NCBI GenBank assembly: GCA_005888635.1
Contig: VBAW01000025.1
Span: 6,298-70,297, forward strand
Reading direction: 5' to 3'
From: Candidatus Bathyarchaeota archaeon
GTDB lineage: Archaea; Thermoproteota; Bathyarchaeia; 40CM-2-53-6
DNA length: 64,000 bases
The notes under the pieces are model-generated. The model searched no databases. It was not told where the DNA came from and worked only from the letters and a program-made list of their open reading frames with translations. The translations under genes and the position numbers were made by a program. Below are positions 38,670-49,091 of the stretch, piece by piece; within the stretch, counting starts at the first letter, position 1, and each line of letters starts with the position of its first letter.

Positions 38670-39641
38670 TTGGAAATGGAGTTTAGAACCATAGGAAAGA
38701 ATGGTCCGAAAGTATCCAGAATCGGAATGGGAGTCTGGCAGGCTAGCGACCTGTGGAAAGGTGATGATGAGCAGATCGTTCGCGCAATAACGCGAAGCCA
38801 TGAACTTGGCGTGAATCTTGTTGACACGGCCGAGGCCTACGGTAATGGGCATAGTGAACAGGTCGTTGGACGAGCTCTCAGAGACATCGGCAGGGAAGAG
38901 TTTGTTGTAGCAACCAAGGTCCATGGGGCCAATCTGAGATATGATGAGCTTCAGAGAGCCGCGGCGGCTAGCATGAAACGGCTTGGCGTCAACGAGATAG
39001 ACCTCTACCAGGTGCACTGGCCCGATCCATGGGAGCAGATTCCTCTCAAAGAGACTATGAAAGCGCTTGAGAAGCTTTACGCTGAGGGAAAGATCCGGGC
39101 TATTGGTGTCAGCAACTTTGCGGTCCGAGACCTCGAAGAGGCCAGATCCCACCTGTCCCGGACCGACATCGTCTCAAACCAGGTCAGGTACAACTTTCTA
39201 CAACGAGAAATCGAAGAGGAGGTCCTACCTTACTGCAGGAAGAACAACATCACAATTCTAGCCTATAGCCCGCTCGCGCAAGGAGCCCTAACTGGGAAGT
39301 ACAATCGAGGGCATGTTCCAAAGGGCGACATCAGAGACGAGAACAAACTCTTCGCACCCAAGAATATCGAGCAGATAGAGAAGATCAACGCTGTCCTCGC
39401 AAGCATCGCTAGGCGACATAGATGCTCGGTCTCCCAAGTAGCACTCAGCTGGCTCCTAGCCAACCAAATGGTTGTGCCGATCCCAGGCGCTAAGAACGAG
39501 GCTCAAGCCGAAGAGAATGTCGGCTCGACCAAGCACCTGCTTACCAACCCGGAACTCACCGAACTGGATACAGCCTACGAACTTGTCGACATTGACTATC
39601 TGCCAACCGTCCCCGACGTACCAATTGAACTAGTGACGTAA
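38670..39641 (+). CDS. Aldo/keto reductase
   Basis: 323 aa. MEFRTIGKNGPKVSRIGMGVW.., DTAEAYGNGHSEQVVG, catalytic Lys (VVATK), IGVSNF. Confidence 0.85.
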   Translation: MEMEFRTIGKNGPKVSRIGMGVWQASDLWKGDDEQIVRAITRSHELGVNLVDTAEAYGNGHSEQVVGRALRDIGREEFVVATKVHGANLRYDELQRAAAASMKRLGVNEIDLYQVHWPDPWEQIPLKETMKALEKLYAEGKIRAIGVSNFAVRDLEEARSHLSRTDIVSNQVRYNFLQREIEEEVLPYCRKNNITILAYSPLAQGALTGKYNRGHVPKGDIRDENKLFAPKNIEQIEKINAVLASIARRHRCSVSQVALSWLLANQMVVPIPGAKNEAQAEENVGSTKHLLTNPELTELDTAYELVDIDYLPTVPDVPIELVT

Positions 39642-39731
39642 GCCCATACGGAAAGAAGCCATGTCTAAATACTTCAACCATGGGATGCCGGGAATGATGT
39701 TCGACATTTTACCGATCGGGACGCGTCTACT

Positions 39732-40295
39732 ATGAAGACAATTAGTTTGCAGCGGAATCGAAGAAAGAGGATTAGCCAAACAAGAGCCCAACGTGTTGGA
39801 GGGAAGTCAGCAAGAAGGAACCCTTCCATTCTAAACCCTGGGAGGAAGGCCCCGAACTTTTCGCTAAACAGTACCCCAGACCAGAAAGTATCTCTCAAAG
39901 ACTTCCGTGGCCAACCGGTAATTCTCGCGTTCTATCCCGCAGACTGGAGTCCCGTGTGCACAGACCAGCTGTCTTTGTATGCTATGGTGATGCCGGAGTT
40001 CAAAAAGTTCAACGCTGAGCTAATCGCCATATCAGTCGACAATATCTGGTCCCATCTTGCGTTCGCCAAAGACCGTAAGCTGAACTTCCCTGTGCTTGCA
40101 GACTTCGAACCGAAGGGAGAAGTATCTAGAAAGTACGGAGCTTTCAAGGAAAAAATCGGGGAATCTGCGCGTGCGCTTTTCGTTATAGATGGTGAAGGCA
40201 TCGTTCGGTGGAGTCATCTCTCGCCAGACGGTGTGAACCCTGGAGCAGAAGGCATCCTCACTGCTCTCGACCAACTCGCCAAGCCTAATGCGTGA
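39732..40295 (+). CDS. Peroxiredoxin (AhpC/TSA family) with an unusual 30-35-aa Arg/Lys-rich N-terminal extension
   Basis: Peroxidatic-Cys motif FYPADWSPVCTDQL and KAPNFSL substrate-entry block. No alternative in-frame start exists between 39732 and the Prx core (checked codon by codon). Confidence 0.8.
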   Translation: MKTISLQRNRRKRISQTRAQRVGGKSARRNPSILNPGRKAPNFSLNSTPDQKVSLKDFRGQPVILAFYPADWSPVCTDQLSLYAMVMPEFKKFNAELIAISVDNIWSHLAFAKDRKLNFPVLADFEPKGEVSRKYGAFKEKIGESARALFVIDGEGIVRWSHLSPDGVNPGAEGILTALDQLAKPNA

Positions 40296-40313
40296 ATGAG
40301 GATCGGTTGAAGC

Positions 40314-40928
40314 ATGGCAACGACGACAGCAACCAGGCATAGCCGAAGAACCAGCAAGACCCTGCTGGAGCCAACAGGCAAGGAACTCGAGACTTACGAG
40401 GCCCCCAAGCTTGTGATTCCGGTCGACCCTGGTCGCGACCATATCCAGGGAGACCCGAAGGCCATCCTTACCTTAGTAGAGTACGGCGACTATCAGTGTC
40501 CATTCTGCGGCGCTGCTTATCCAGAAGTGAAGAAGGTCCAGAAAGAGCTCGGATCAAAACTACGATTCGTCTTCCGAAACTTTCCCTTAACCAATGTTCA
40601 CGAATTTGCCCAAGTCGCGGCTGAGACAGCTGAAGCTGCGAATGTTCAGGGAAAATTCTGGGAAATGCACGATTTTCTCTACGAGCACCAACGAACTCTT
40701 GGAGATAATAGTGTAGCCCTCGGATATGCGAAGAAGATTGGACTCGACACTCAGAAATTTGAACGCGAGATATCACAGCACGTCTACCAGAAGAGAATCA
40801 AGGAAGACTTCATGGGAGGAGTACGGAGCGGCGTCAACGGAACTCCAACATTCTACGCCAACGGCGTGAGACATGACGGTCCCGCCGAGGCCGAGGCGAT
40901 AATCGAATCACTCAGAGCTAAATCCTAA
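40314..40928 (+). CDS. DsbA-family thiol:disulfide oxidoreductase-like protein (no signal peptide)
   Basis: 204 aa. CPFC (CxxC) in a thioredoxin fold with inserted helical domain and C-terminal GTPTFY(ANG) cis-Pro loop block. Confidence 0.7.
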   Translation: MATTTATRHSRRTSKTLLEPTGKELETYEAPKLVIPVDPGRDHIQGDPKAILTLVEYGDYQCPFCGAAYPEVKKVQKELGSKLRFVFRNFPLTNVHEFAQVAAETAEAANVQGKFWEMHDFLYEHQRTLGDNSVALGYAKKIGLDTQKFEREISQHVYQKRIKEDFMGGVRSGVNGTPTFYANGVRHDGPAEAEAIIESLRAKS

Positions 40929-40985
40929 AACTGGTTCACGAGCCTCAAGCATTATGAGGCTCTCACTCGCAGTCTTCAATCAGGA

Positions 40986-42557
40986 ATGACCGCAACGGGT
41001 TGCATAACACTTAACAGTCGACCTTCTGGCCCTCGCTTCCCTACGATGATGAACGTTTCAAAACGCGGCAATGCGCGGCTTCTCGCGTCAGGCCTGTTGC
41101 TTCTGGCCGTGTTCTCCTCAATCGGCTCATTTGGACATGCTGCCGTCTCCCTCCCCGTTCAACATGATTCACTCGCTCTGACCGTTAACCCCGATAGGAG
41201 CGTCGGAGTCGCCTGGAATACGACATCATCTTTAGGGACCCTTACGCAGAATGTCAGCAGCTATTTCACGCCTGGCTATGCGATACATTCCTCGTCCAGC
41301 TTCTCACAACAGTCAAGCGCTGTAGTTCAGACCTCAACGATCCAGTATCAACTACCCCCGCCAGCTGTAAGCATCTTCAACTCGATCAGCCTCACAGCCA
41401 CACAGACAGGACTCACGGGATCTGGGTCTCTAATGATCACCACGAATGTTCCGACGAGCACCATAACGGCCACTTTCTCCACCAGCCCCACGCGGGTGAA
41501 GGTGAACGCCACGGTTCAGCTCCACTTCTCCCCGGCATTTTTCGGAGGAACATTCCTTGCTAACCAAACAGTGTTTCAAACCGAGTGGAACCGTACATTT
41601 GGAAACGTGACATGGACTGACAGGATCGCCTCTCAAATCCAGAATGCGACCGTCCATTTCGTAACTGTTACAGCCTTCAACGGCACCCTAACTTCCATCG
41701 ACTCAAACCAAGCCACTGTCTCCATCGGATTTGTGGCAGTACCATCTCAAACTGGAACCGACTTTGTCACAGTACTCGAAAACATTCTGACCCCTTTCGG
41801 GGGGGTCGGATTGGACCCGATAATCCGGTCAGCCCTAAACCTTCAGACAGGTGAGACTGTAAACTTGACCTACAATGGCTCGACGTACACCCTGACTCTA
41901 CAATCCACCACAACTTACGTCAGCGACCTAGATGATCAAGTGAACAAGCTGAAGACGCAATACCTCCAGCCACTACTCGCCGTATTTCCAGCGGGAACCG
42001 CCCCCGCCTCGTTAGTGTTCATTAGTGCGACCTCGATCATTATTAACCAGATGTCTACGACGAGCGATCTCGATCTGAGTGCTGGAACCTCTTCGACCAG
42101 TCTCAAAGGACTCGTGCTGAAACCCCAAACGTTCGGAAGCAACACTAACTTTACGATACCCGGACTCTTCCAGACGATAGGCAAGAGTCCAACGCCTGGA
42201 GTGAACTTCACACTGATCGGCGGCTCGGACTCGAGCAACCAAGTGAAAATCGTCGTCCCAGCGGACACCCGCCAGCCTAACAGTACTACATCGAACTCTG
42301 CAACTTGGACGAACCTCCAGGATGCCTCGACGCTCTCAGCGGTAGAATTCCAAGTGCAGCCATTGCCGAACAGCTTCCTGGCCTTCCTAGTATCTCCGGT
42401 AGGCATTGGTATCGAAGCGATTGTAGCGATCGCTGTCATCGCAGCGGTAGTTCTCTACATGGCTAAGAGACGCGCAACGAAATCGTCGATTCCATCGATG
42501 TCCGGACCGACACCATCTCTAGGCTTGGGTCTTAACCCAGCACCACCCGCACCTTAA
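40986..42557 (+). CDS. Cell-surface (S-layer-like) glycoprotein candidate. Signal peptide probably starts at the internal MMNVSK Met; C-terminal TM anchor.
   Basis: Ser/Thr-rich 523-aa protein with at least 14 N-x-S/T sequons. Hydrophobic signal peptide (LLASGLLLLAVFSSIGSFGHA). C-terminal TM helix followed by KRR stop-transfer and a Pro-rich tail. Confidence 0.5.
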   Translation: MTATGCITLNSRPSGPRFPTMMNVSKRGNARLLASGLLLLAVFSSIGSFGHAAVSLPVQHDSLALTVNPDRSVGVAWNTTSSLGTLTQNVSSYFTPGYAIHSSSSFSQQSSAVVQTSTIQYQLPPPAVSIFNSISLTATQTGLTGSGSLMITTNVPTSTITATFSTSPTRVKVNATVQLHFSPAFFGGTFLANQTVFQTEWNRTFGNVTWTDRIASQIQNATVHFVTVTAFNGTLTSIDSNQATVSIGFVAVPSQTGTDFVTVLENILTPFGGVGLDPIIRSALNLQTGETVNLTYNGSTYTLTLQSTTTYVSDLDDQVNKLKTQYLQPLLAVFPAGTAPASLVFISATSIIINQMSTTSDLDLSAGTSSTSLKGLVLKPQTFGSNTNFTIPGLFQTIGKSPTPGVNFTLIGGSDSSNQVKIVVPADTRQPNSTTSNSATWTNLQDASTLSAVEFQVQPLPNSFLAFLVSPVGIGIEAIVAIAVIAAVVLYMAKRRATKSSIPSMSGPTPSLGLGLNPAPPAP

Positions 42558-42603
42558 CAATCTTACAGAATTCATAGAGTACCTAGCAGGTACGTACCAC
42601 ACC

Positions 42604-43797
42604 TCATTTAGTGTGTACCCGACTAGTCGCCGCCCCTCTTCTAATACGGAATCCTGCTAGTGCCGCTAGGAGGACGAAGAGGACAGATGTGGTGATAAGG
42701 ACGCTTGTGTGGTTGCTGGCGTAGAGGAATCCGCCGATTAATGAGCCTACCACGAGTCCGAGCTGTTCGAAGGTCAAGTAGAATCCGAACTGGCCAGCCC
42801 TAGATTTCCCCTCTCTCATGTTCGAGAGCAGAGAATATGCGACATAACTCGAAGCATGAGCTCCGCCGAGCAGGAACACCATGGGCACAACTAGCAGGGG
42901 AGATCCTGCTAGGGCTATTCCAAGAGCCCCTCCCGCAACCAGCATGAGTTCCTTCGCTATTGTTGACCCTGGATTCCGAGTGGCAGCCCATCGACCGAGA
43001 AGGATCGCAAAGATTGCGCTACCCAGAGACTGGGCAGTTCCCAGAAGTTGGATCTGAGCATCCGTGAGATGAAGCTGATCTTGAAGGAATAATGGAAGGA
43101 ATGATGGTGAGGTAATGCTGAAGGCTACTGCTCCGCCGAAAAGGAATGCGAGAATCGTCAGCTCTCGTGAAGACCTTGGTAGCTCCAACAATGGAGCCTT
43201 CGAATCCACTTCCCTTGGTGGCTGGCGCTTTAACGGGAAGAGGATGATAGTAGAAACGGTCCAGAGTGCTAATGTGAACCAGAATAGATCCCGGATACTC
43301 AACCAGGTTAGCAGTAGGCTTCCGACGGCGGGGGAGAGGACTAGACCTAGTGGGAATGCGGAGTAGACGGCTCCAAACGCTGACGACATACGTTTCTGAT
43401 CGCCCAGTGCGCTGATGAACGCGTTCATTGCGGGCACGTTGAAGGCTGAGAGTTGAAGGATGATCAGCCCTGGAATTACGTCGGACCAGGTTCGTGAAAA
43501 GTAGAAGAGGATAGGGACAGGGATGCTCATCGCCCATCCAATGATGAGTAGGGATCTGTTGTCGTACTTGTTTGCTAGGATTCCTCCGGGGATCATCGAT
43601 ATGGCGGCTGCGAAGAAGCCGATGGAGGAGACGAGGCCGACCTGTTCCGGGTTAGCGTTGAGCTTAGTAAGGTATAGGGACCAGACATAGTTGTAAATTC
43701 CCAGACCGAACGTCCAAAGGAAGAGAGAGAAGAAAAGGAGGCGCAAATCGCGCGGGAGACTCCGGCTCCAGGAAAGGATGCCCATCCATCTCATCAT
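42604..43797 (-). CDS. MFS transporter
   Basis: 397 aa, 12 predicted TM helices, cytoplasmic mid-loop. Confidence 0.7.
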   Translation of the reverse strand: MMRWMGILSWSRSLPRDLRLLFFSLFLWTFGLGIYNYVWSLYLTKLNANPEQVGLVSSIGFFAAAISMIPGGILANKYDNRSLLIIGWAMSIPVPILFYFSRTWSDVIPGLIILQLSAFNVPAMNAFISALGDQKRMSSAFGAVYSAFPLGLVLSPAVGSLLLTWLSIRDLFWFTLALWTVSTIILFPLKRQPPREVDSKAPLLELPRSSRELTILAFLFGGAVAFSITSPSFLPLFLQDQLHLTDAQIQLLGTAQSLGSAIFAILLGRWAATRNPGSTIAKELMLVAGGALGIALAGSPLLVVPMVFLLGGAHASSYVAYSLLSNMREGKSRAGQFGFYLTFEQLGLVVGSLIGGFLYASNHTSVLITTSVLFVLLAALAGFRIRRGAATSRVHTK

Positions 43798-43905
43798 CTA
43801 ACGCGGGACCAACCATCTTCCTACTGCGGAGTGAAGAGAGCCTCCGATAGACTGAGGTGAATTAAGCTACGCTTATCCGCGTGTTGCTCTTAGTAGCTCT
43901 TGACC

Positions 43906-44745
43906 CTAGCAGCCAGGCTGCTTTGAAGCTTGCTTTAGAGCCGTGATAGTTTTCTTCAGATAATGTGGAGCCTCTCGGGGATCGTCCAGATGCTCAGCGA
44001 CTGTTCTGACCAGCGCGCTGCCGACAATGGCTCCATCTGCCCCCGCGCGTAACAGCGATGAAACGTGTTGGGGCTGACTGATCCCGAACCCTGCGGAAAT
44101 TGGAATCACGCCTTTTGCAAGTGATTTTACTTTCTTGACCGTTTCCAGCGCTTGGGGACTGAGCGTGTCACGTGGGCCCGTAACGCCGTACAGAGAGACG
44201 AGATAGACGAATCCCCTCGACTTTTCAAGAATACCCGCTAGTCTCTTTTCCGACGTGTTCGGTGCCGCTAGGAGGATGCTGTCAATGTTGTGTTTGAGAG
44301 CCGTGTCACGGAATCTGTCGCCTTCCTCCATCGGTAGGTCGGGAACAACGACGCCATTAACACCGTTGTCACTTGCATTCTTCATGAACTGATCTATGCC
44401 CATTGCGAGAATAGGATTGTAGTAAGTCAGGATCACGAAAGGTGTTGTATACTGTGATGAGAGTTCTCCGATCGTATCGATAATCTTCCTAGGGGTGGCT
44501 CCTGCGAACAAGGCTCGCGTGCCTGCCGCTTGGATAACTGGTCCGTCTGCGACAGGGTCGGAGAAGGGGATCCCTACCTCGAGAATATCAGCTCCACCTT
44601 CGATTAACGATTCAGCGTCTGCCACAAACGCTTTCGGGTCTGGATCGTGACCCATGAGATAGGCAACTATTACTCCTTCAGCACGGTTGCCTAGTTCGCG
44701 AAATTTCTTTTCAATAGGGTCGTCACTGCGGGAATTGTTTTGCAA
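43906..44745 (-). CDS. trpA: Tryptophan synthase alpha chain
   Basis: 279 aa TIM barrel with conserved [16 protein letters not shown] block. Overlaps the trpB 3' end by 23 nt. Confidence 0.9.
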   Translation of the reverse strand: MQNNSRSDDPIEKKFRELGNRAEGVIVAYLMGHDPDPKAFVADAESLIEGGADILEVGIPFSDPVADGPVIQAAGTRALFAGATPRKIIDTIGELSSQYTTPFVILTYYNPILAMGIDQFMKNASDNGVNGVVVPDLPMEEGDRFRDTALKHNIDSILLAAPNTSEKRLAGILEKSRGFVYLVSLYGVTGPRDTLSPQALETVKKVKSLAKGVIPISAGFGISQPQHVSSLLRAGADGAIVGSALVRTVAEHLDDPREAPHYLKKTITALKQASKQPGC

Positions 44746-45925
44746 TCGTGTCCACGTCCTTGTCTCCTCGGCCAGAGAGGTTTACGATTATCGAGTCATC
44801 CTTTTCGAGCGTCTTCGCCAGCTTTGTAGCGTAGCTAATCGCGTGAGCAGGTTCCAATGCTGGCATTATTCCCTCCAGTTGTGAGAGCCGATTGAAAGCC
44901 TGCAAGGCATCCTTGTCAGTCTGCGTAACGTATTTCGTCCGTCCTACGCTCATCAGGTAGGAGTGCTCTGGACCAACCGCGGGATAGTCAAGCCCAGCCG
45001 AGATGCTCTCCGTGGTCTCGATCTGACCCTCCGCATTCTGCAACACGTAGGTCATCATTCCATGAAGGACTCCTTCTCTGCCTGCGACGAGCGGTGCAGC
45101 ATGCTTCCCAGGTGACATATCGTGTCCACCGGCTTCGACACCGTACAGGTCCACGTCCGGGTCATTGAGGAATGCGTGGAATATGCCGATCGAGTTGCTT
45201 CCCCCGCCAACGCAGGCAACAACACTCCTTGGCAGCCTGCCTTCTTGCTTCAGGATTTGTCGATGGGCCTCTCTGCCGATGACGCTCTGGAAGTCGCGGA
45301 CCATGGTCGGGTAGGGGTGTGGGCCCACTACGGACCCGAGAAGGCAGTAGGTATTTTCGACGTTGGTGACCCAGTCCCTCAACGCTTCGTTGATGGCGTC
45401 TTTAAGTGTCTTGGAGCCTGAGTCGACGGGATGCACTTTGGCTCCGAGCATTTTCATTCTGTAGACGTTGAGCCTCTGTCGTTCCATGTCCTCGCTGCCC
45501 ATGTAGATCTCGGCCGCTAAACCGAGAGCTGCGCAGGCCATTGCGGTGGCGACTCCATGCTGCCCTGCTCCTGTCTCGGCTATGATCCTAGGCTTTCCCA
45601 TCTTCTTTGCGAGTAGTGCTTGTCCGAGAGTATTGTTGATCTTGTGAGCGCCGCCATGCAGGAGATCTTCTCTCTTGAGATAGATCTTGGCTCCCCGAGC
45701 ATCATCGGTCAGCCGGCCGGCGAAGTATAGCGGGGTTGGTCTTCCCGCATACTGTTCTAACCAGTTCGCCAACTCCTTCTTGAATGACGGATCCCGAGAG
45801 AAGCGCCGATAGGCATCCGCCAACGTTTTCAGTGGTTCCATCAGGGTTTCAGGCACGTATTGTCCGCCATACTTTCCAAACTTGCCAGCCCCGTCTGCTG
45901 AGCCCAACTTTGCGAGGCTTTTCAA
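44723..45925 (-). CDS. trpB: Tryptophan synthase beta chain
   Basis: 400 aa. PLP-Lys block [18 protein letters not shown] and other TrpB signatures. Confidence 0.95.
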   Translation of the reverse strand: MKSLAKLGSADGAGKFGKYGGQYVPETLMEPLKTLADAYRRFSRDPSFKKELANWLEQYAGRPTPLYFAGRLTDDARGAKIYLKREDLLHGGAHKINNTLGQALLAKKMGKPRIIAETGAGQHGVATAMACAALGLAAEIYMGSEDMERQRLNVYRMKMLGAKVHPVDSGSKTLKDAINEALRDWVTNVENTYCLLGSVVGPHPYPTMVRDFQSVIGREAHRQILKQEGRLPRSVVACVGGGSNSIGIFHAFLNDPDVDLYGVEAGGHDMSPGKHAAPLVAGREGVLHGMMTYVLQNAEGQIETTESISAGLDYPAVGPEHSYLMSVGRTKYVTQTDKDALQAFNRLSQLEGIMPALEPAHAISYATKLAKTLEKDDSIIVNLSGRGDKDVDTIAKQFPQ

Positions 45926-46698
45926 GCGTTGACCAGTTCCCGCACTTTCGACTCCACGTCAGACGACTTCATGATCGACGTCCCAACGAGGAACGCTTCT
46001 GCCCCGGCATTTCTCAGTCGCACAATGTCTCTCGGATTTTCTATGCCGCTCTCGGAGACGACCGTGCGATCAACATCACCGTTCGTGGCAAGGACCCTTT
46101 CCGTCGTTGACATATCCAGTTGGAACGTGGAAAGATTTCGGTTGTTGATTCCATACAAGTCTGGCTTGTATTCGGGAAGCTTCCTAAACTCCTCCGGGCT
46201 ATTCGCCTCTAACAGAACTTCAACTCCGAGTCTACCCGCTTCTCGCACGAGTTTGTCGAGTGGCTCCTCAGTTAATCTTCTACTGAATAGTTCACTGATC
46301 AGTACAACCGCCTTGGCCCCAGCCTTAGCTGCGGCCTGGATTTGTACAGGCGACACAATGATGTCCTTCATTACAACTGGGACATCGACTTCACGGCTCA
46401 GCAGTGCGAGGATGTCTAAATTTCCTTGAAAATCTTCAGGGTCTGTGAGGACTGAGATGGCGCAGGCTCCGCCTTTTAGCATCGCTCTTGCGATTCGGAG
46501 CGGGTCCCCATGTTCCCGTATTTTTCCAGCAGAAGGAGAGGCGAACTTTACTTCCGTGATTACCGGCATACCTTGAACCTTCTGAATAGTTTCTGTGAGA
46601 CCTTTGCTAGGATGCCCTCCTCGCCGGACATTGTCGTAATAGCCGCGTCCGACCCTCGCGCCTGCTTTTAGAGCCAAACCCGCGATGTAGTCGACCAT
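45922..46698 (-). CDS. trpC: Indole-3-glycerol-phosphate synthase
   Basis: 258 aa. [17 protein letters not shown].., GINNRNL IGPS blocks. 4-nt overlap with trpB. Confidence 0.85.
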   Translation of the reverse strand: MVDYIAGLALKAGARVGRGYYDNVRRGGHPSKGLTETIQKVQGMPVITEVKFASPSAGKIREHGDPLRIARAMLKGGACAISVLTDPEDFQGNLDILALLSREVDVPVVMKDIIVSPVQIQAAAKAGAKAVVLISELFSRRLTEEPLDKLVREAGRLGVEVLLEANSPEEFRKLPEYKPDLYGINNRNLSTFQLDMSTTERVLATNGDVDRTVVSESGIENPRDIVRLRNAGAEAFLVGTSIMKSSDVESKVRELVNA

Positions 46699-46704
46699 CG
46701 AATC

Positions 46705-47754
46705 TCACGCCATGGTTTCAAGTCGCTCAGGATTCCCACCGCTCAGTTCGACCAGTTGACGCAGGATCTGGAGTCCCTTTCCGTTCTCAACAGCATTGAG
46801 AGCCAGTTCGACTCCCGTCCTCATATCTTCGGCTGCTTCGCAAAGTACCAGCCCGGCCGCGGCGTTTGCCGCAACGATCTGGACCCGGGGATCATCTCTT
46901 CCTAAATGACCAGAAAGTATTCTGGCTGTAAGCCGAGCGTTCTGCTCAACGTCTCCACCGGCCAGCATCTCTGCAGTGGTCTCGTTTAGGCCGAGGTCTT
47001 CAGGCAGGATTTCTTCTCTGACTGTTTTCCCGTTCTGGTGTCTGACGATGACGGTCTTTCCCGTTAGGGAAATCTCGTCGACCCCATCAACCCCGTAAAC
47101 GGTCATGACAGATCTTGCTCCGAGATTACGGGCGGCGACACACATCGGTTCCAGGAGTTCGCTTTCATAGACTCCGATGAGCTGAGCATTTGCCCCCGCC
47201 GGGTTGCTCAGCGGACCCAGAATGTTGAAGATTGTGCGAACTCCTATTTCCCGTCTAATCAACGCAACGTTCTTCATGGCAGGATGGAAGTTTGGTGCGA
47301 ACATGAACCCGATGCCGATTTCTTCAATCGCTTTCTCAGCAAGCGCGGGCTCGATCTCCAGCTTAACGCCGAGCTGTTCCAGAACATCTGCACTACCACA
47401 ACGGCTCGTAAAAGAACGGTTGCCATGCTTTGCAACCCTAACTCCAGCTGCTGCTATTACAAAAGCCGCGGTCGTGCTGACGTTAAAGGTCTTAGTCCTG
47501 TCTCCGCCAGTACCACAGGTGTCAAGTAGGTAGCCCTCAACCTTCGGGTTTACTGCTCTGCTGAAGCTTCTCATCACTCGAGCTATCGCGGTGATCTCGT
47601 CAACTGTCTCGCCCTTCTTCTTCAGGCCGATCAGGAAGGCGGAGATTTGCGAAGGCGTCGCCTGTCCGGTCATGATGTCCATCATTGCAGCCTCCGCCTG
47701 GTCAGGGGTTAGGTCGTGGTCTTCAAGGAGAGCCGGAATATACTCCCTGATCAT
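46705..47754 (-). CDS. trpD: Anthranilate phosphoribosyltransferase
   Basis: 349 aa. DTCGTGGDRTKTFNVST (GTGGD PRPP motif) and downstream KHGNRS block. Confidence 0.9.
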   Translation of the reverse strand: MIREYIPALLEDHDLTPDQAEAAMMDIMTGQATPSQISAFLIGLKKKGETVDEITAIARVMRSFSRAVNPKVEGYLLDTCGTGGDRTKTFNVSTTAAFVIAAAGVRVAKHGNRSFTSRCGSADVLEQLGVKLEIEPALAEKAIEEIGIGFMFAPNFHPAMKNVALIRREIGVRTIFNILGPLSNPAGANAQLIGVYESELLEPMCVAARNLGARSVMTVYGVDGVDEISLTGKTVIVRHQNGKTVREEILPEDLGLNETTAEMLAGGDVEQNARLTARILSGHLGRDDPRVQIVAANAAAGLVLCEAAEDMRTGVELALNAVENGKGLQILRQLVELSGGNPERLETMA

Positions 47755-47830
47755 CTTGGATTAGGCCTCCGGGAGATTACTGATCGTGAATTGCTGTTGG
47801 GCGGCATCATGATCTTTTGTTACCCTTTCT

Positions 47831-48688
47831 TTATCCTGCGAATGAGATCCTCGGATAGGTCGCGAAACTAGGTCTGGTCAGAACTGTTTCGGTCTTCTCA
47901 CCGAGCCCAGTCGGTGCGTTTACCGGGTTTGCGTCGCTGTGCACAATCTCTGAGATGGCACGCGTCATGATAGTCGGATCTTGGTGCTGGAAAATATTCC
48001 TGCCAATCGATACACCGACGGCCCCTCCTTTGATAGATTCGTAAACATCTCGAAGACACTCGCTCGCACTGTTTGCTTTTGGTCCTCCTGCAACAACGAT
48101 CGGTACTCTCACGCTGTTGACGACGTCTCTGAAACTTTCGACGTCACCAGTGTAGTTCGTCTGCACGATGTCTGCCCCAAGCTCGTATCCTAGTCGAGCC
48201 GCGTGACTGACGACGTCGTGCGAATGTTCGTCCCGGATTTTCGGTCCTCTCGGATACATCATAGCGAGTAGTGGTATGGAATAGTCGTCGCACTCGTCAA
48301 GTATTCGCGAGAAATTGTCAAGCATATTTTGCTCATGTTCCGATCCGAGGTTGATGTGGACTGAAACTACGTCGGCGCCCAAACGGACTGCTTCTTTGAC
48401 GGTGCAAAGCTGCGTTTTCCAGTTGGGGTCACCCGCTAAGCGAGTGGCTCCGGACAGGTGGAGAATGAGACCTAAGTTGGTGGTGTCAACAGTCTTCGCG
48501 ACTCCAGCGTGCACTAAGATCGCGTCCGCTCCTCCTTTGGCAACTTGATCCACAATTCTCCTCATGTCCCCGAGTCCTTCGATCGGACCAGCCGGTACTC
48601 CGTGATCCATCGGAACAATGACGGTTTTGCCATCGTCCCGGAATATTCGTCCGAGTCTGCGTGTCTTTCCCGATTCCATCATGATCAC
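47831..48688 (-). CDS. DhnA-type class I aldolase: 2-amino-3,7-dideoxy-D-threo-hept-6-ulosonate (ADH) synthase or class IA fructose-bisphosphate aldolase
   Basis: 285 aa TIM barrel with the DhnA-family pattern (VIVPMDHG..., Schiff-base Lys region, IVVAGGPK). Lies at the head of the trpDCBA gene string, which favours the archaeal aromatic-pathway ADH synthase assignment (inference). Confidence 0.65.
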   Translation of the reverse strand: MIMMESGKTRRLGRIFRDDGKTVIVPMDHGVPAGPIEGLGDMRRIVDQVAKGGADAILVHAGVAKTVDTTNLGLILHLSGATRLAGDPNWKTQLCTVKEAVRLGADVVSVHINLGSEHEQNMLDNFSRILDECDDYSIPLLAMMYPRGPKIRDEHSHDVVSHAARLGYELGADIVQTNYTGDVESFRDVVNSVRVPIVVAGGPKANSASECLRDVYESIKGGAVGVSIGRNIFQHQDPTIMTRAISEIVHSDANPVNAPTGLGEKTETVLTRPSFATYPRISFAG

Positions 48689-49091
48689 TAAACAAAAGTT
48701 GAGAGTCGATTGTAAACCACAATACGGAAAACAACTGCGGCACGAGTTCCGCGGCGAACACTAGAGCTGCAGATGATACGTTCCCGCTGATTCTTCGAGT
48801 TGGAAAAACTGGACTTGCCTAAGTTGACAACAAACAGACGACGGCAGTATTGAAAGCAATCTGTGCGACGAGTAGAGAGTGAGCGGGGCGAGTCTTGGTG
48901 CTTGTGCCTAGTCGTCGAGGATGGTCTCGACGCGGCACTCATGCCAGAAAAGATGACCACCCATCGCCCTCACACCAATTATGCCGGGAAGCTTTCCAAT
49001 TTGCCTTTTTAGGTTTGCGGAACCGGGTCTAAAGCAGACGCGAACTCGCGATTCTGAAAATCGTGCTAGTAAATGTACATGACAAGAGACC

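Noticed and set aside
41936-42439. 167-aa ORF antisense within the surface-glycoprotein gene
   Set aside because: Shadow ORF; the sense frame shows signal peptide, sequons and a C-terminal anchor.
45929-46429. 166-aa plus-strand ORF antisense to trpC
   Set aside because: S/T-rich shadow ORF inside a highly conserved trp gene.
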